A stretch of 64,000 nt of DNA from Pseudomonadota bacterium (GTDB lineage Archaea; Thermoplasmatota; SW-10-69-26; JACQPN01; JAJPHT01): contig JAJPHT010000029.1 in assembly GCA_021325135.1 (NCBI GenBank), positions 160,001 to 224,000 on the forward strand. Direction: 5' to 3'. Under the pieces are notes generated by a model that saw nothing but the letters and a program-made list of their open reading frames with translations, ran no database searches and was not told the DNA's origin. The position numbers were made by a program, and so were the translations under genes. Positions 48,918-57,688 of this stretch are shown here, one piece after another (position 1 is the first letter of the stretch; every line of letters starts with the position of its first letter).

Positions 48918-49984
48918 GATGGCTTCCTCCCAAGGACGGCGACGGGATCTCTGGCCAGGGGGTGGGCCTGGAATCCGCGGGACCGGACCAGCTCCAGGAG
49001 CTCCTCCGGGCTGAATCCCTTCTGGAACGTCCGAGACGTGGTCAACCAACCGTCGGCGCACGCCTGCCACGCGGGGGTCCGGAGCCGGTCGATCTCTGTC
49101 GCCGAACGGACTGCGATGGCCAAGTGCCCGCCGGGGGGGAGGAAGGCGAAGATGTCGTCAAGCACGCGCGCCCGCTCGCGCGGATCGGCGAGGGTGTTGA
49201 GGACGAATGCGCAGTGGACCCAGGTGAACCTCCCGCCAGGGTAGGCCGAGGGGGGCGGGTGAGGCCGGTGGGCCGGGTCCCAGCCTTCGGCTTCGAGGCC
49301 GGAGGCTCGGAAGTGCTCGATGTCCTTGCCCTTTCCGCACCCCCAGTCGAACACGGGCCCGTCGATGAGGCCCTGGCCCACCACCAGCTGGGCCAGCGAG
49401 GAGGGGCCGCGGCGCGACATGGTGGTGCGGCCCGACAGGCGCAGGGTCGCGCGCGCGTCGGGGGCCTCGGGATCGCCCAGCGTCGCCTGGCGCGGCGTGG
49501 CGCGGGGGGCTGACCCTTGGAGAAGCCGATGGCCCTCGATGCGGACCCCGGCCTGCCGGAGGAATCCTTCCCACGCGAGCTTGCGGCCGATGACACGCAG
49601 CTTCTCCGGGGCGTAGAGGCCTGCGGCCTCCTCCTGACGCGTGAGGGCCGCGTACTCCGCGCGCCGAGGGTGGGCGTCGGCCACGAACGCCTCCTTCCGG
49701 TGAAGGATCGAGGGGTTCGAGCGCGACTCCTTCCGGGTGCGCGCCTGGCGGGCGTCGAGGTCCACCGTCACGTACTCCCTCAGCTCGGGGTGGGCCTCCT
49801 CCTCGAACCCGGGGTACCAGGAGAACGTGACGCGCCGGAGACCGCGGTCGACCTTGACGAGGTTCCAGGGGGCATCGGGCGGGACGAGGCGACGAGCCTC
49901 CTCAAGGGTCGCCAGGGCCTCGGAGGGCAAGGCCCGGAGGTTGTCGCGGTGGACGTACCAATTGCCGTGCACGATCTTAGGCAA
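48914..49984 (-). CDS. Putative methyltransferase resembling the DNA-phosphorothioation-associated methyltransferase family (single unit)
   Basis: YVH, FSWYPGF...HPEL...VDL...NPSILHRKE...IG..W domain, then FDWGCGKGKD, GWDP, FVLN, DGWLT..RTFQK. Confidence 0.75.
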   Translation of the reverse strand: MPKIVHGNWYVHRDNLRALPSEALATLEEARRLVPPDAPWNLVKVDRGLRRVTFSWYPGFEEEAHPELREYVTVDLDARQARTRKESRSNPSILHRKEAFVADAHPRRAEYAALTRQEEAAGLYAPEKLRVIGRKLAWEGFLRQAGVRIEGHRLLQGSAPRATPRQATLGDPEAPDARATLRLSGRTTMSRRGPSSLAQLVVGQGLIDGPVFDWGCGKGKDIEHFRASGLEAEGWDPAHRPHPPPSAYPGGRFTWVHCAFVLNTLADPRERARVLDDIFAFLPPGGHLAIAVRSATEIDRLRTPAWQACADGWLTTSRTFQKGFSPEELLELVRSRGFQAHPLARDPVAVLGRKPS

Positions 49985-50663
49985 GCGCCTTCCTCCCTGA
50001 GCCCGGGATGCCCGGCGCCAGGCGGCGCACCGTCGCGACGAGGTCCCCCGTCTTCGGAGCCACGTTCCAGTCGTATTCGTCCCCGCGGCCCAGCGCGTGG
50101 GCGATGCGGCGCCTCATGAACTGGCTCTGGAAGCCCTCCGCGTCCACGACCAGCAAGCCCCGCTTGAGGCCATACGCGCGGACGTACAGATAGGGCTTCC
50201 CGGCGGCCAGCAGGCGCCGAGCCTCGGGGACGTACCCGCCCCGAGGGGCCCAGGTCAAGCCCTGGACAGCCTCCTGCGCGACGCGCGCAGGGAGGGGCAC
50301 GAGGTGGAGATGCGCGTGATCCACGCACCCGCCTCCCCGGCACGATTCCGTGGCCATGCCATGCTCGAACGCCAGGACGCAGCCTCCGTACGTGGCCCGA
50401 AGCGTGCGGACCAGGCCAGCGACGAATGGGCTGAACGCGGCCGCCTCGGCATGCTCCAGGTGCCCCACGGACAGGGCATGCCGGATCGGCGAGACCAGCA
50501 GGTGCCCTTCGACGAGGGGTCCGACGGAGGGGAACGCGACGAGGCCGGGAGCCGTCCGGACGACGCGCGAGGAGAGCCCGGGCGCGAGCTCGCGCAAGAT
50601 GGAGGGCATGGTGGGCGCCAGGGGGTCGAGCTCGGCGCAGAGCTCGCAGGCCGTCTCGGTCAT
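49977..50663 (-). CDS. HIT-superfamily nucleotide hydrolase
   Basis: N-terminal CELC, GPLVEGHLLV.P..H, FEHG, CVDHAHLHLVP, SQFMRR; ATGA overlap with the upstream gene. Confidence 0.78.
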   Translation of the reverse strand: MTETACELCAELDPLAPTMPSILRELAPGLSSRVVRTAPGLVAFPSVGPLVEGHLLVSPIRHALSVGHLEHAEAAAFSPFVAGLVRTLRATYGGCVLAFEHGMATESCRGGGCVDHAHLHLVPLPARVAQEAVQGLTWAPRGGYVPEARRLLAAGKPYLYVRAYGLKRGLLVVDAEGFQSQFMRRRIAHALGRGDEYDWNVAPKTGDLVATVRRLAPGIPGSGRKALA

Positions 50664-51232
50664 GGGCGGCCCTCCGGGGAAGCCAGTTCGGTCGAGATCA
50701 GGGAGGGGGCGAGCCCTTCCGTCCCGTCGTACGTTCCCAGGATGGGGTGCGATCCCCGGATCTCGGCCAGCGCCAGGTGGCAGATGGGCATCATGGGACG
50801 CAGCGTGAGGGGCGTGGGATTGCGGCTGCTGACCTCCAGCGTGAGGGGCGTGGGCCGCGTGCTTCCGAACCCCGCCTGGACAAACGTGGACCCGAGGTGG
50901 ACGTCGAGGCCCAGGCGCGCCAGGTGGGAGAGATTGGAGAGGACGCCCGCCAGGTCTGCGGGCAGGCGGAGCCGCTCGTGGGTGCGCAGGAGCAGGAAGT
51001 CCCCCGGCCTGACCTCCAGGCGGGAGAACTCGAACTCGGGGCCGGCGTTCCTCTCGGCCTCGCGCGGGTCCGTCAGGTCCAGCGGATCCTCGGACTCCAG
51101 GAGGCGCCGGCCGCGGTTCCCCAGGTGGAGCACGAGGGACGTGCTGCGGACGGGGTGGACGGGCCACGGGTCCACGACGAGGCGTCCGGAGAGGGCGAGG
51201 CGGAGCATGCCGCGAGGGCCGATGAGACTCAA
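50660..51232 (-). CDS. Divergent dCTP deaminase (trimeric dUTPase fold)
   Basis: GRLVVDPW, SLVLHLG, PGDFLL.RTHERLRLP.DL.G, SHLARLGL.VH, LTLE, PICHL, YDG..G..PS; TTG start inferred from alignment to the family N-terminus. Confidence 0.8.
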   Translation of the reverse strand: MSLIGPRGMLRLALSGRLVVDPWPVHPVRSTSLVLHLGNRGRRLLESEDPLDLTDPREAERNAGPEFEFSRLEVRPGDFLLLRTHERLRLPADLAGVLSNLSHLARLGLDVHLGSTFVQAGFGSTRPTPLTLEVSSRNPTPLTLRPMMPICHLALAEIRGSHPILGTYDGTEGLAPSLISTELASPEGRP

Positions 51233-51288
51233 GGTTGTCCCCGTCGCCTCGGCGCCTGACCAAGGCTTAAGTCTGTTACACGGCATGT

Positions 51289-51324
51289 GGGAAGTGCGTC
51301 AAGTCTGTCAAGTCAGGCAAGTCC
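51289..51324. promoter_or_regulatory. 9-bp direct-repeat array in a divergent promoter
   Basis: GGGAAGTGC GTCAAGTCT GTCAAGTCA GGCAAGTCC; palindromic CTTAAG at 51266. Confidence 0.65.
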
Positions 51325-51337
51325 AGGAGGCTTCCCA

Positions 51338-52147
51338 ATGAAGGAGACCGTGAACATCGTGCCCGTGGGCTGGGAGGTGGACAGGGTGATCGAGGCCGCC
51401 AAGATGCGGAAGGCAGACCGCGTCATCCTGCTGCGGCGCGACACGGGAACCGAGAGCGCGCGCTTCTTCCAGAAGATCGCCAAAGGCCTGGAAGCCAGCC
51501 GGATCGAGTGGGAGGACGAGGTCGTGGGGCTCGACAACGAGTTCCAGGACACGCTGCGGGCGGTGGCACACTGCGTCCGCCGGGAGCACCACAAGAAGCA
51601 CCGCGTGGAGGTGAACATCAGCGCGGGGGGCAAGACCGCGGCCGTCGCCGCGAGCCTCGCCGCCATGTACCACCAGGGGCGGTGCACGCTCTTCCAGGCG
51701 ATCCCGGAGAGCTACACGGCCTCGAAGCTGGAGCAGGGGGCCGAGGCGGCCGCGAAGCTCTACGAGAACCACGGCCTCACCATCGGGGTCAAGGACGTGC
51801 CCGATCTGACGCACTACCATCTCACGGCGCTTCCCCTGGAGCAGGAGATCGTGCTGGCCGCCTGCACGACCAAGCAGCAGACCCTGGACGATCTGCTCAA
51901 TCTCCTTCGCAAGCACGGGTCCACTTCGTTCCGTCTCAAGCTGGGGAAGGACAGGGACGCGGCCGTGAAGGTCCTGGAGCGCTGGGTCCTTCAGGACCTC
52001 GAGGAGAAGAAGTACGTCGAGCGCGACCAGCACCTCGGGAGCAAGGGGAACAGGAAGAGCTTCCTCGTGACGGACGTGGGACTGGATGCCGCGCTCATCA
52101 CGGGCCTCCTCAACAAGGAGAGGACGCCTCAATTCGACCTGGCCTGA
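51338..52147 (+). CDS. DUF6293/HFX_2341-type CARF-like plus wHTH regulator
   Basis: VNIVPVGWEVDRV...ADRVILL...VEVNISAGGK...AAM, C-terminal wHTH (LQDLEEKKYVE...RKSFLVTDVG); GGAGG SD. Confidence 0.78.
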   Translation: MKETVNIVPVGWEVDRVIEAAKMRKADRVILLRRDTGTESARFFQKIAKGLEASRIEWEDEVVGLDNEFQDTLRAVAHCVRREHHKKHRVEVNISAGGKTAAVAASLAAMYHQGRCTLFQAIPESYTASKLEQGAEAAAKLYENHGLTIGVKDVPDLTHYHLTALPLEQEIVLAACTTKQQTLDDLLNLLRKHGSTSFRLKLGKDRDAAVKVLERWVLQDLEEKKYVERDQHLGSKGNRKSFLVTDVGLDAALITGLLNKERTPQFDLA

Positions 52148-52278
52148 CGTGCCAGGGGCCCCGCCAAAGCATATAAATCGTGCCGAGGATCGGCTCGGGG
52201 CTTGCCCGCGACCGAGAAAGGACAACCTTCAAGTCCGCGCCGCTGGCATGGGCTCGGCGTGGGAGTCGTAGCTCCCCC

Positions 52279-53103
52279 GTGGTTTCGGAGGGCTTCGCAC
52301 TGAAGGAACTCCCCGTCGACGAGTTCACCACGGACAAGGCGTTCTTCGCGGCGCTGAAGCTCCACGTCTACGGCACCGTCCACGACTCCTTCCTGGCGAC
52401 GCTGGTGAAGGGCCGCAGCCTCGTGCTCGACCAGGCCTTGAAGCTGGAGGTGGGGCGCTTCACGAGCCGCAAGGCGAACCACCTCTTCGTCTCCGAGAAC
52501 GGCAGCCGCGGCGGGTGCAGCGCGGAGTTCTACGGCTTCACGTCCCACAAGGTGCGCGAGAAGCTGGCGCAACTGCACGACCTGGGCGTCGTCGAGCTTC
52601 TGGGCAAGGGGCTGCGCGATGCGTACACGTACCGCTGGAAGGTGCCGGTGAAGCACTGGGAGGTGTGCAGCTTCATGCGCTTCCGCAGGCTCACGGCGGA
52701 GGACCTCTCGCTGAACCTGGAGCTCTTCCGCGTCTTCCACGCCCGCGGCACGGCGCCCTTCACGGCGCGCGAGTTCGTGGAGCTCTACGGGCGCGCGCAC
52801 GGCGCGGAGTACACCAGCACGCGCTGGGGCGCGCGCAAGTGGGAGAAGATCGCGTCCTCCTTCGCCTACGGCGAGTTCGTCAAGGACCGCCTCGACCTCC
52901 TGGTGAAGCACGGCCTCGTCGCGCAGCAGGGGGACTCCTACCAGCTTCCCGCGCCTGTGCTGGACGCGGTGAACCACTTCGACCTCTTCCTCAACGGCGT
53001 GCCCTACCGCGCCTCGCGCGCCATGTGCGACGCCTGCCCCCTGGACGCGCTCTGCCAGACCGGCAGCACGCAGCGGCTCATCGTGTCGCTCAACCAGGCG
53101 TGA
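52279..53103 (+). CDS. Hypothetical protein, tandem wHTH-like with C-terminal CxxCPx4C
   Basis: Host-like codons; 'REKLAQLHDLGVVE' and 'DRLDLLVKHGLV' repeats; CDACPLDALC; ATATAAA at 52171. Confidence 0.7.
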   Translation: MVSEGFALKELPVDEFTTDKAFFAALKLHVYGTVHDSFLATLVKGRSLVLDQALKLEVGRFTSRKANHLFVSENGSRGGCSAEFYGFTSHKVREKLAQLHDLGVVELLGKGLRDAYTYRWKVPVKHWEVCSFMRFRRLTAEDLSLNLELFRVFHARGTAPFTAREFVELYGRAHGAEYTSTRWGARKWEKIASSFAYGEFVKDRLDLLVKHGLVAQQGDSYQLPAPVLDAVNHFDLFLNGVPYRASRAMCDACPLDALCQTGSTQRLIVSLNQA

Positions 53104-53240
53104 GCCGCTTCGACACGTCCGGCCCATCTCTCGGGGGCCCGCCAAGGGTCCGCGCGCTGGGCCAGGCCTGCTGAAGAACGCTTATATGGGCCCCTCTCCA
53201 GTCACGGCCGCTCCCCGCCCCCGGGGGCTGAGGCTCTCCC

Positions 53241-56200
53241 ATGCGCATCTCCCAGCGCAGTGCCCGCGTCGTGGCCGTGGCCCTCGTCCTCGTGTCGCTG
53301 GCGCCCAGCGTGCAGGTGGCGTCCGCGGGCTACACCGTGACCTTCCCGCGCCCCGGCACCAACGACACCGTCGAGCGCTACAACGACACCGTGTTCGTGG
53401 GCCTCGCCCCCGTCAACGCGGTGGCCTTCGCGGAGAACGGCGACGTGTGGTACGCGGCCTTCGGCGGCGTCGTCCACGAGCGGCTGGGCACCGGCACGCG
53501 CCAGCTCTTCACCCGCGACGACGGCCTCCCGGAGAGCGTCGCCCTGGACCTCAGCGTCGCCCACGGCAAGGTCTACGTGGGGACGGACCTGGGGCTCGCC
53601 ATCATCGACGAGGCCTCGGGCGCGGTGACGGCGAAGACGCCGGACAACAGCCCGCTCCCCGACCCCTACGCGGGCGCGGTGGCCACGCTGGGCGACCAGG
53701 TGTGGGTCGGCACGGGCGCGCACGGCATCGCCGTGTGGAACACCACCACCGACCAGTGGTTCGTGAAGAACACCAGCACGTCGCTCTACCGCCCCGAGCC
53801 GGTCATGCACTTCAACGTCGAGCCGCGCTACCTGTGGGCCGCGACGGACGGCGACGGCGGCTGGCGCTTCGACCGCGCCAACGGCGTCCTGGACGACCGC
53901 AACGCGTGGATGAACGTCACGACGCTCAACAGCCGCATCTTCAACGACCACGTCCTCTCCGTGCAGGACCTGGGCGGCGACACGTACTTCGCGACGCGCT
54001 TCGGCATCGCGCGCTGGCGCCCCTCGGCGAACGGCACCACGGAGGAATGGTCGAAGCTCAACGCGACCAACGGCCTGCCCAACAACCAGGTGGACATGCT
54101 CCACGTCGTGCCCAACGCCGACGGCATCCCCTTCCTCGTGGCGGACACGAGGGACGGCGTGTGGCGCTACGAGCCCCAGAGCGGCTCCAACTCCACCCTC
54201 GCGCAGCCCGAGGGGCTCTTCGGCTCCTACGTGGCCAACGACGCCTGGAGCCCCGACTGGGGCTGGGCGTTCGCGACCTCGCGGGGCGTCTCGCTGCTGC
54301 GCGGCGACGCCTGGACCTACTTCACCACGGGCCCCGGCACGGGCGCCTCCAACGGCCCCGACAGCTATCGTTTCACCTCTGGCGGCACGGGCGACTCGGG
54401 GAGCTTCCTCTGGTTCGGGCGCCCCGACGGCCTCACCGCCTACAAGCTGCCCAAGCCGGGCTCTCCCGGGCGCTTCTGGAACTTCGGCGCGTTCGACCGC
54501 GTGCCCGGCGGGCCCGTCACCTGGATCTCCACCGACGGGACGATCACCTGGTTCGCCACCATGAACGGCGCCTACGGCTACGACCAGACGCGCAACGCGT
54601 GGATCGGGACGCCGTGGACCACGGGCATCTCCTACGGCGTCGACGCGCAGGGCGGCGAATTGTGGATCGCGGCCTTCGGCGACGGCGTCTACAAGGTCAA
54701 CGAGACGACGCATGCCTTCGTCGCGTGGAACCACACGACGGCGCCCACCTTCCCCGACCTCTACACGACCGACGTGCGCCTGACGCCCAGCGAGGTCTGG
54801 CTGGGCGCGTCCACGGGCCTCATCCGGCTCAACCGCGTGACCGGCACCGTGCTGCACTCCTACGGCAAGGCCGACGGGCTGCCCGGCGACGGGTTCGTCT
54901 ACCGCACGCTCCCCGACGGCGCGTCCGTCTACGCGGGCCTGCGCTCGGGCGGCGTCGCGCGTCTCGACGTGGCCAGCGGCAAGGTCACCAAGGTCTGGAA
55001 CGCGACCACGACGCCCGGCTTCCCCGACAGCGAGGTGGACGCGATGCTGCGCGACGGGCGCTACCTGTGGGTCGGCACGCACCAGGGGCTCGCGCGCATC
55101 GACGTGCTCACCTCCGAGGTGAAGCTCTTCGACGCGACCAACGGCCTCGTGCAGGAGTTCGTGAGCGGCATCTCCGAGGCCGACGGCATCCTCTACCTCT
55201 CCACGTACAGCGGCATCGCGCGCCTGGACCTCGCCACCATGACGTTCCTCCCCATGCAGGACGGCGCGGGCGTCGTGCGCGTGGGCGCGGGCGCCACCGG
55301 CACGGCCTCCGGCGGCGGCCCCTCCGCGGGCGGGCTCTCGGCGCGCTTCGACGCGCCCCGCGACGGCAGCGCCGTGACGGGCCTCGTGCAGCTTCGCGGC
55401 ACGGCCGTCGACTTCGGCGGCAGCGTCGACCGCGTCGAGGTGCGCATCGGAGAAAACGGCCCGTGGCAGCCCGCGCGCGGCACCGGATCGTGGACCTACT
55501 CGTGGGACACGACCCAGGGCCCGCTGGACTCGCCCATCCCCGTCTACGCGCGCGCCGTCTCCGGCAACGACACCAGCGCCCCCGCCGAGATCCTCCTCAC
55601 CCCCGTCGCGCCGCCCACGATCCCGCTCACGGCGAAGCCGACCATGCCCGACGCGTGGACCGCCGGGCGCGACCTGCCCGTCACCGTGTACGCCACCGGG
55701 GACGAGCCCCTGGGCGCCACGCTCTACTACAAGCCCGAAGGCGCGGACACCTACACGCCCCTCGCCCTTGCGCGCTCCGGCTCGTACTTCTCGGGCACGA
55801 TCCCGGGCCGCGACGTGCTCGTGGGCAACCTCACGTGGTACGCCGAGGCGAGGAGCGGCCTCCTCACCGCCACGAGCCCCGACGACCCCACGCAGCCCGC
55901 GCTGCTGCCCATCGGTCCCGCGCCGCGCCTGGGCGTCGCGCTCTCCGCGCCCGCGAGCCTGCGCGCCAACGCCGGCGCCTCGACGCCCCTCGCGCTCACG
56001 CTGAGCAACGTCGGCACCGACGCCGTCACCGTGCGCCTCGCCGCCACGGGGCTGCGCTCCTCGTGGGCCCGCGTCCCCGCCGACGCCATCACCCTCGCGG
56101 GGGGCGAGACGCGCCAGGTGAACGCCACGCTGGAGGTCCCCGCCGCCGCGTTCGCCGACAACACGACCCTCGTGCTGGAGGCGCGCGACGTCAACGGCGT

Positions 56201-56360
56201 CGCGACGCCCGCCAGCGCCACGCTCCCCGTGCAGATCGTCCCCTCCGACGTGAAGCCCGCAGGCTCCGGCTCCGACGCGAAGCCCACGCCGGGCCCCGCG
56301 CTCCCCCTGGCGCTGGCCGCGGTCGCGGTGGCCCTCCTCGCGCGGAGGCGACGCCCATGA
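53241..56360 (+). CDS. Beta-propeller surface protein with Ig-like domains and PGF-CTERM-like tail
   Basis: Repeated DGLP/NGLP...VWVGT..G blades; tail KPTPGP + hydrophobic helix + RRRRP. Confidence 0.85.
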   Translation: MRISQRSARVVAVALVLVSLAPSVQVASAGYTVTFPRPGTNDTVERYNDTVFVGLAPVNAVAFAENGDVWYAAFGGVVHERLGTGTRQLFTRDDGLPESVALDLSVAHGKVYVGTDLGLAIIDEASGAVTAKTPDNSPLPDPYAGAVATLGDQVWVGTGAHGIAVWNTTTDQWFVKNTSTSLYRPEPVMHFNVEPRYLWAATDGDGGWRFDRANGVLDDRNAWMNVTTLNSRIFNDHVLSVQDLGGDTYFATRFGIARWRPSANGTTEEWSKLNATNGLPNNQVDMLHVVPNADGIPFLVADTRDGVWRYEPQSGSNSTLAQPEGLFGSYVANDAWSPDWGWAFATSRGVSLLRGDAWTYFTTGPGTGASNGPDSYRFTSGGTGDSGSFLWFGRPDGLTAYKLPKPGSPGRFWNFGAFDRVPGGPVTWISTDGTITWFATMNGAYGYDQTRNAWIGTPWTTGISYGVDAQGGELWIAAFGDGVYKVNETTHAFVAWNHTTAPTFPDLYTTDVRLTPSEVWLGASTGLIRLNRVTGTVLHSYGKADGLPGDGFVYRTLPDGASVYAGLRSGGVARLDVASGKVTKVWNATTTPGFPDSEVDAMLRDGRYLWVGTHQGLARIDVLTSEVKLFDATNGLVQEFVSGISEADGILYLSTYSGIARLDLATMTFLPMQDGAGVVRVGAGATGTASGGGPSAGGLSARFDAPRDGSAVTGLVQLRGTAVDFGGSVDRVEVRIGENGPWQPARGTGSWTYSWDTTQGPLDSPIPVYARAVSGNDTSAPAEILLTPVAPPTIPLTAKPTMPDAWTAGRDLPVTVYATGDEPLGATLYYKPEGADTYTPLALARSGSYFSGTIPGRDVLVGNLTWYAEARSGLLTATSPDDPTQPALLPIGPAPRLGVALSAPASLRANAGASTPLALTLSNVGTDAVTVRLAATGLRSSWARVPADAITLAGGETRQVNATLEVPAAAFADNTTLVLEARDVNGVATPASATLPVQIVPSDVKPAGSGSDAKPTPGPALPLALAAVAVALLARRRRP

Positions 56361-57556
56361 GGGCCCTCCTCGCCGTCGCCCTCGTGGCGCTGCTCCTGGC
56401 ACCCGCCGCCGCGGCCCGCGCGCCGCTCCCCTACCCCGACCCCATCGCGGCCCTCGCGCCCAAGGTCGTCGAGAAGGTGGCGCCCCTGGAGGCCAACGCC
56501 AGCCAGGCGCCCTGGTGGCCCGACGCGAAGCCCTGGCTGGAGCGCGCCCGCGCCGACGCCGCGGCCGGCCGCTTCCATGCGACGCTCTACGACGCCGAGA
56601 CGTTCCAGGAGATCGTCTCCGCGCATACGCTCCAAGACAGCGTCAACGCCACCGCCGCCACCGCGGCGGACCGGCGCAACCTCGCCATCCAGGCCGCGAC
56701 CGCGTGGCGCGCGGACGAGAACGCGACGTGGCTCGCCTTCCGCGCGCGCCTCCACCAGGCGGACGGCGCCATCCGCAGCCTGGGTGCCTTGGAGACCGCG
56801 CTCTTCGCCGCGGACCTCGCCGTGGAGGGCAAGGCCGTCGACGCGGACTTCCCCGGCTACGTCTCGCAGCTCTCCCGCGAGCCCGACCTCCCCTTCGACT
56901 ACCTCCTGGTGCTCGCGCGCTCCACGAAGACGCCGCAGCTTGACATCGAGATGGCGGGCGACGCGCTGGAGGCGGCCTTCGCGCAGGACGGCGTCCCGCC
57001 GCAGTTCCTGGCGGACCGCTGGGCCAACGACACGCGCGTCGCCCTCTCCGCCCCCAAGGGCGCGCCCGCCACCATGCAGCGCTTCGAGGACCTGGCCGCC
57101 CCCGCGCGCGAGGGCGGCGAAGGCATCCTCGGCGTGGCCATCACACTGGCCGAGCAGCGCCAGAGCCGCCTCGTGGGCATGCAGACCATCTTCGGCGACG
57201 CCGCCACCCGCGGCAAGTCCGTCGTGGCCGACGCCGACCGCGGCTTCCTGCGCCAGCTCAACAACACCACGCTGGAGGCCTCGCGCGCGCACGGCCTCGC
57301 GGGCGTCTTCGTCGCCGACGCCTACGACCGTGCCGCCTACGCGCAGGACGTCGTCGACAACGGCACCGCCTCCCTGGGCGTCGTGCTCAACGCCTGGAGC
57401 GGCCTCGACCATGCGGGCTACGCCTACACGGTCCTCGCCGACGCGAGCCCCGTGCAGCCCCCCGCGCCCGCCAAGAAGTCGCCCGGCCCCGAGGCGGCGC
57501 TGCTCCTGGGCGGCGTCGCGCTCGTGGCGCTCGCCCTGGCCCGGCGCCGTCCGTGA
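56357..57556 (+). CDS. Secreted helical protein with PGF-CTERM-like tail
   Basis: Signal peptide; tail KKSPGP + hydrophobic helix + RRRP; ATGA overlap with the upstream gene. Confidence 0.8.
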   Translation: MRALLAVALVALLLAPAAAARAPLPYPDPIAALAPKVVEKVAPLEANASQAPWWPDAKPWLERARADAAAGRFHATLYDAETFQEIVSAHTLQDSVNATAATAADRRNLAIQAATAWRADENATWLAFRARLHQADGAIRSLGALETALFAADLAVEGKAVDADFPGYVSQLSREPDLPFDYLLVLARSTKTPQLDIEMAGDALEAAFAQDGVPPQFLADRWANDTRVALSAPKGAPATMQRFEDLAAPAREGGEGILGVAITLAEQRQSRLVGMQTIFGDAATRGKSVVADADRGFLRQLNNTTLEASRAHGLAGVFVADAYDRAAYAQDVVDNGTASLGVVLNAWSGLDHAGYAYTVLADASPVQPPAPAKKSPGPEAALLLGGVALVALALARRRP

Positions 57557-57572
57557 TGCGTCCCTTGCTGGC

Positions 57573-57675
57573 GGGTCCAAAGAACGCGACGAGCGCAAAG
57601 AGCGCCAAGGTCGCAAAGGTTCCTTTCGTCGTCGCGTCCTTCGCGCTCATGGCGCTCTTTGCGTTCTTTGGACCC
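57573..57675. repeat. Long inverted repeat built of 9-nt units
   Basis: GGGTCCAAAGAACGC...GCGTTCTTTGGACCC with internal GCAAAGAGCGCCA / TGGCGCTCTTTGC. Confidence 0.8.
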
Positions 57676-57688
57676 TTGACCAGGAAGC

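Noticed and set aside
48039-52150. Complete Dnd phosphorothioation system or CBASS
   Set aside because: No dndBCDE, cyclase or nuclease effector is recognisable; the cysteine desulfurase at 62-63 kb is distant and host-like.
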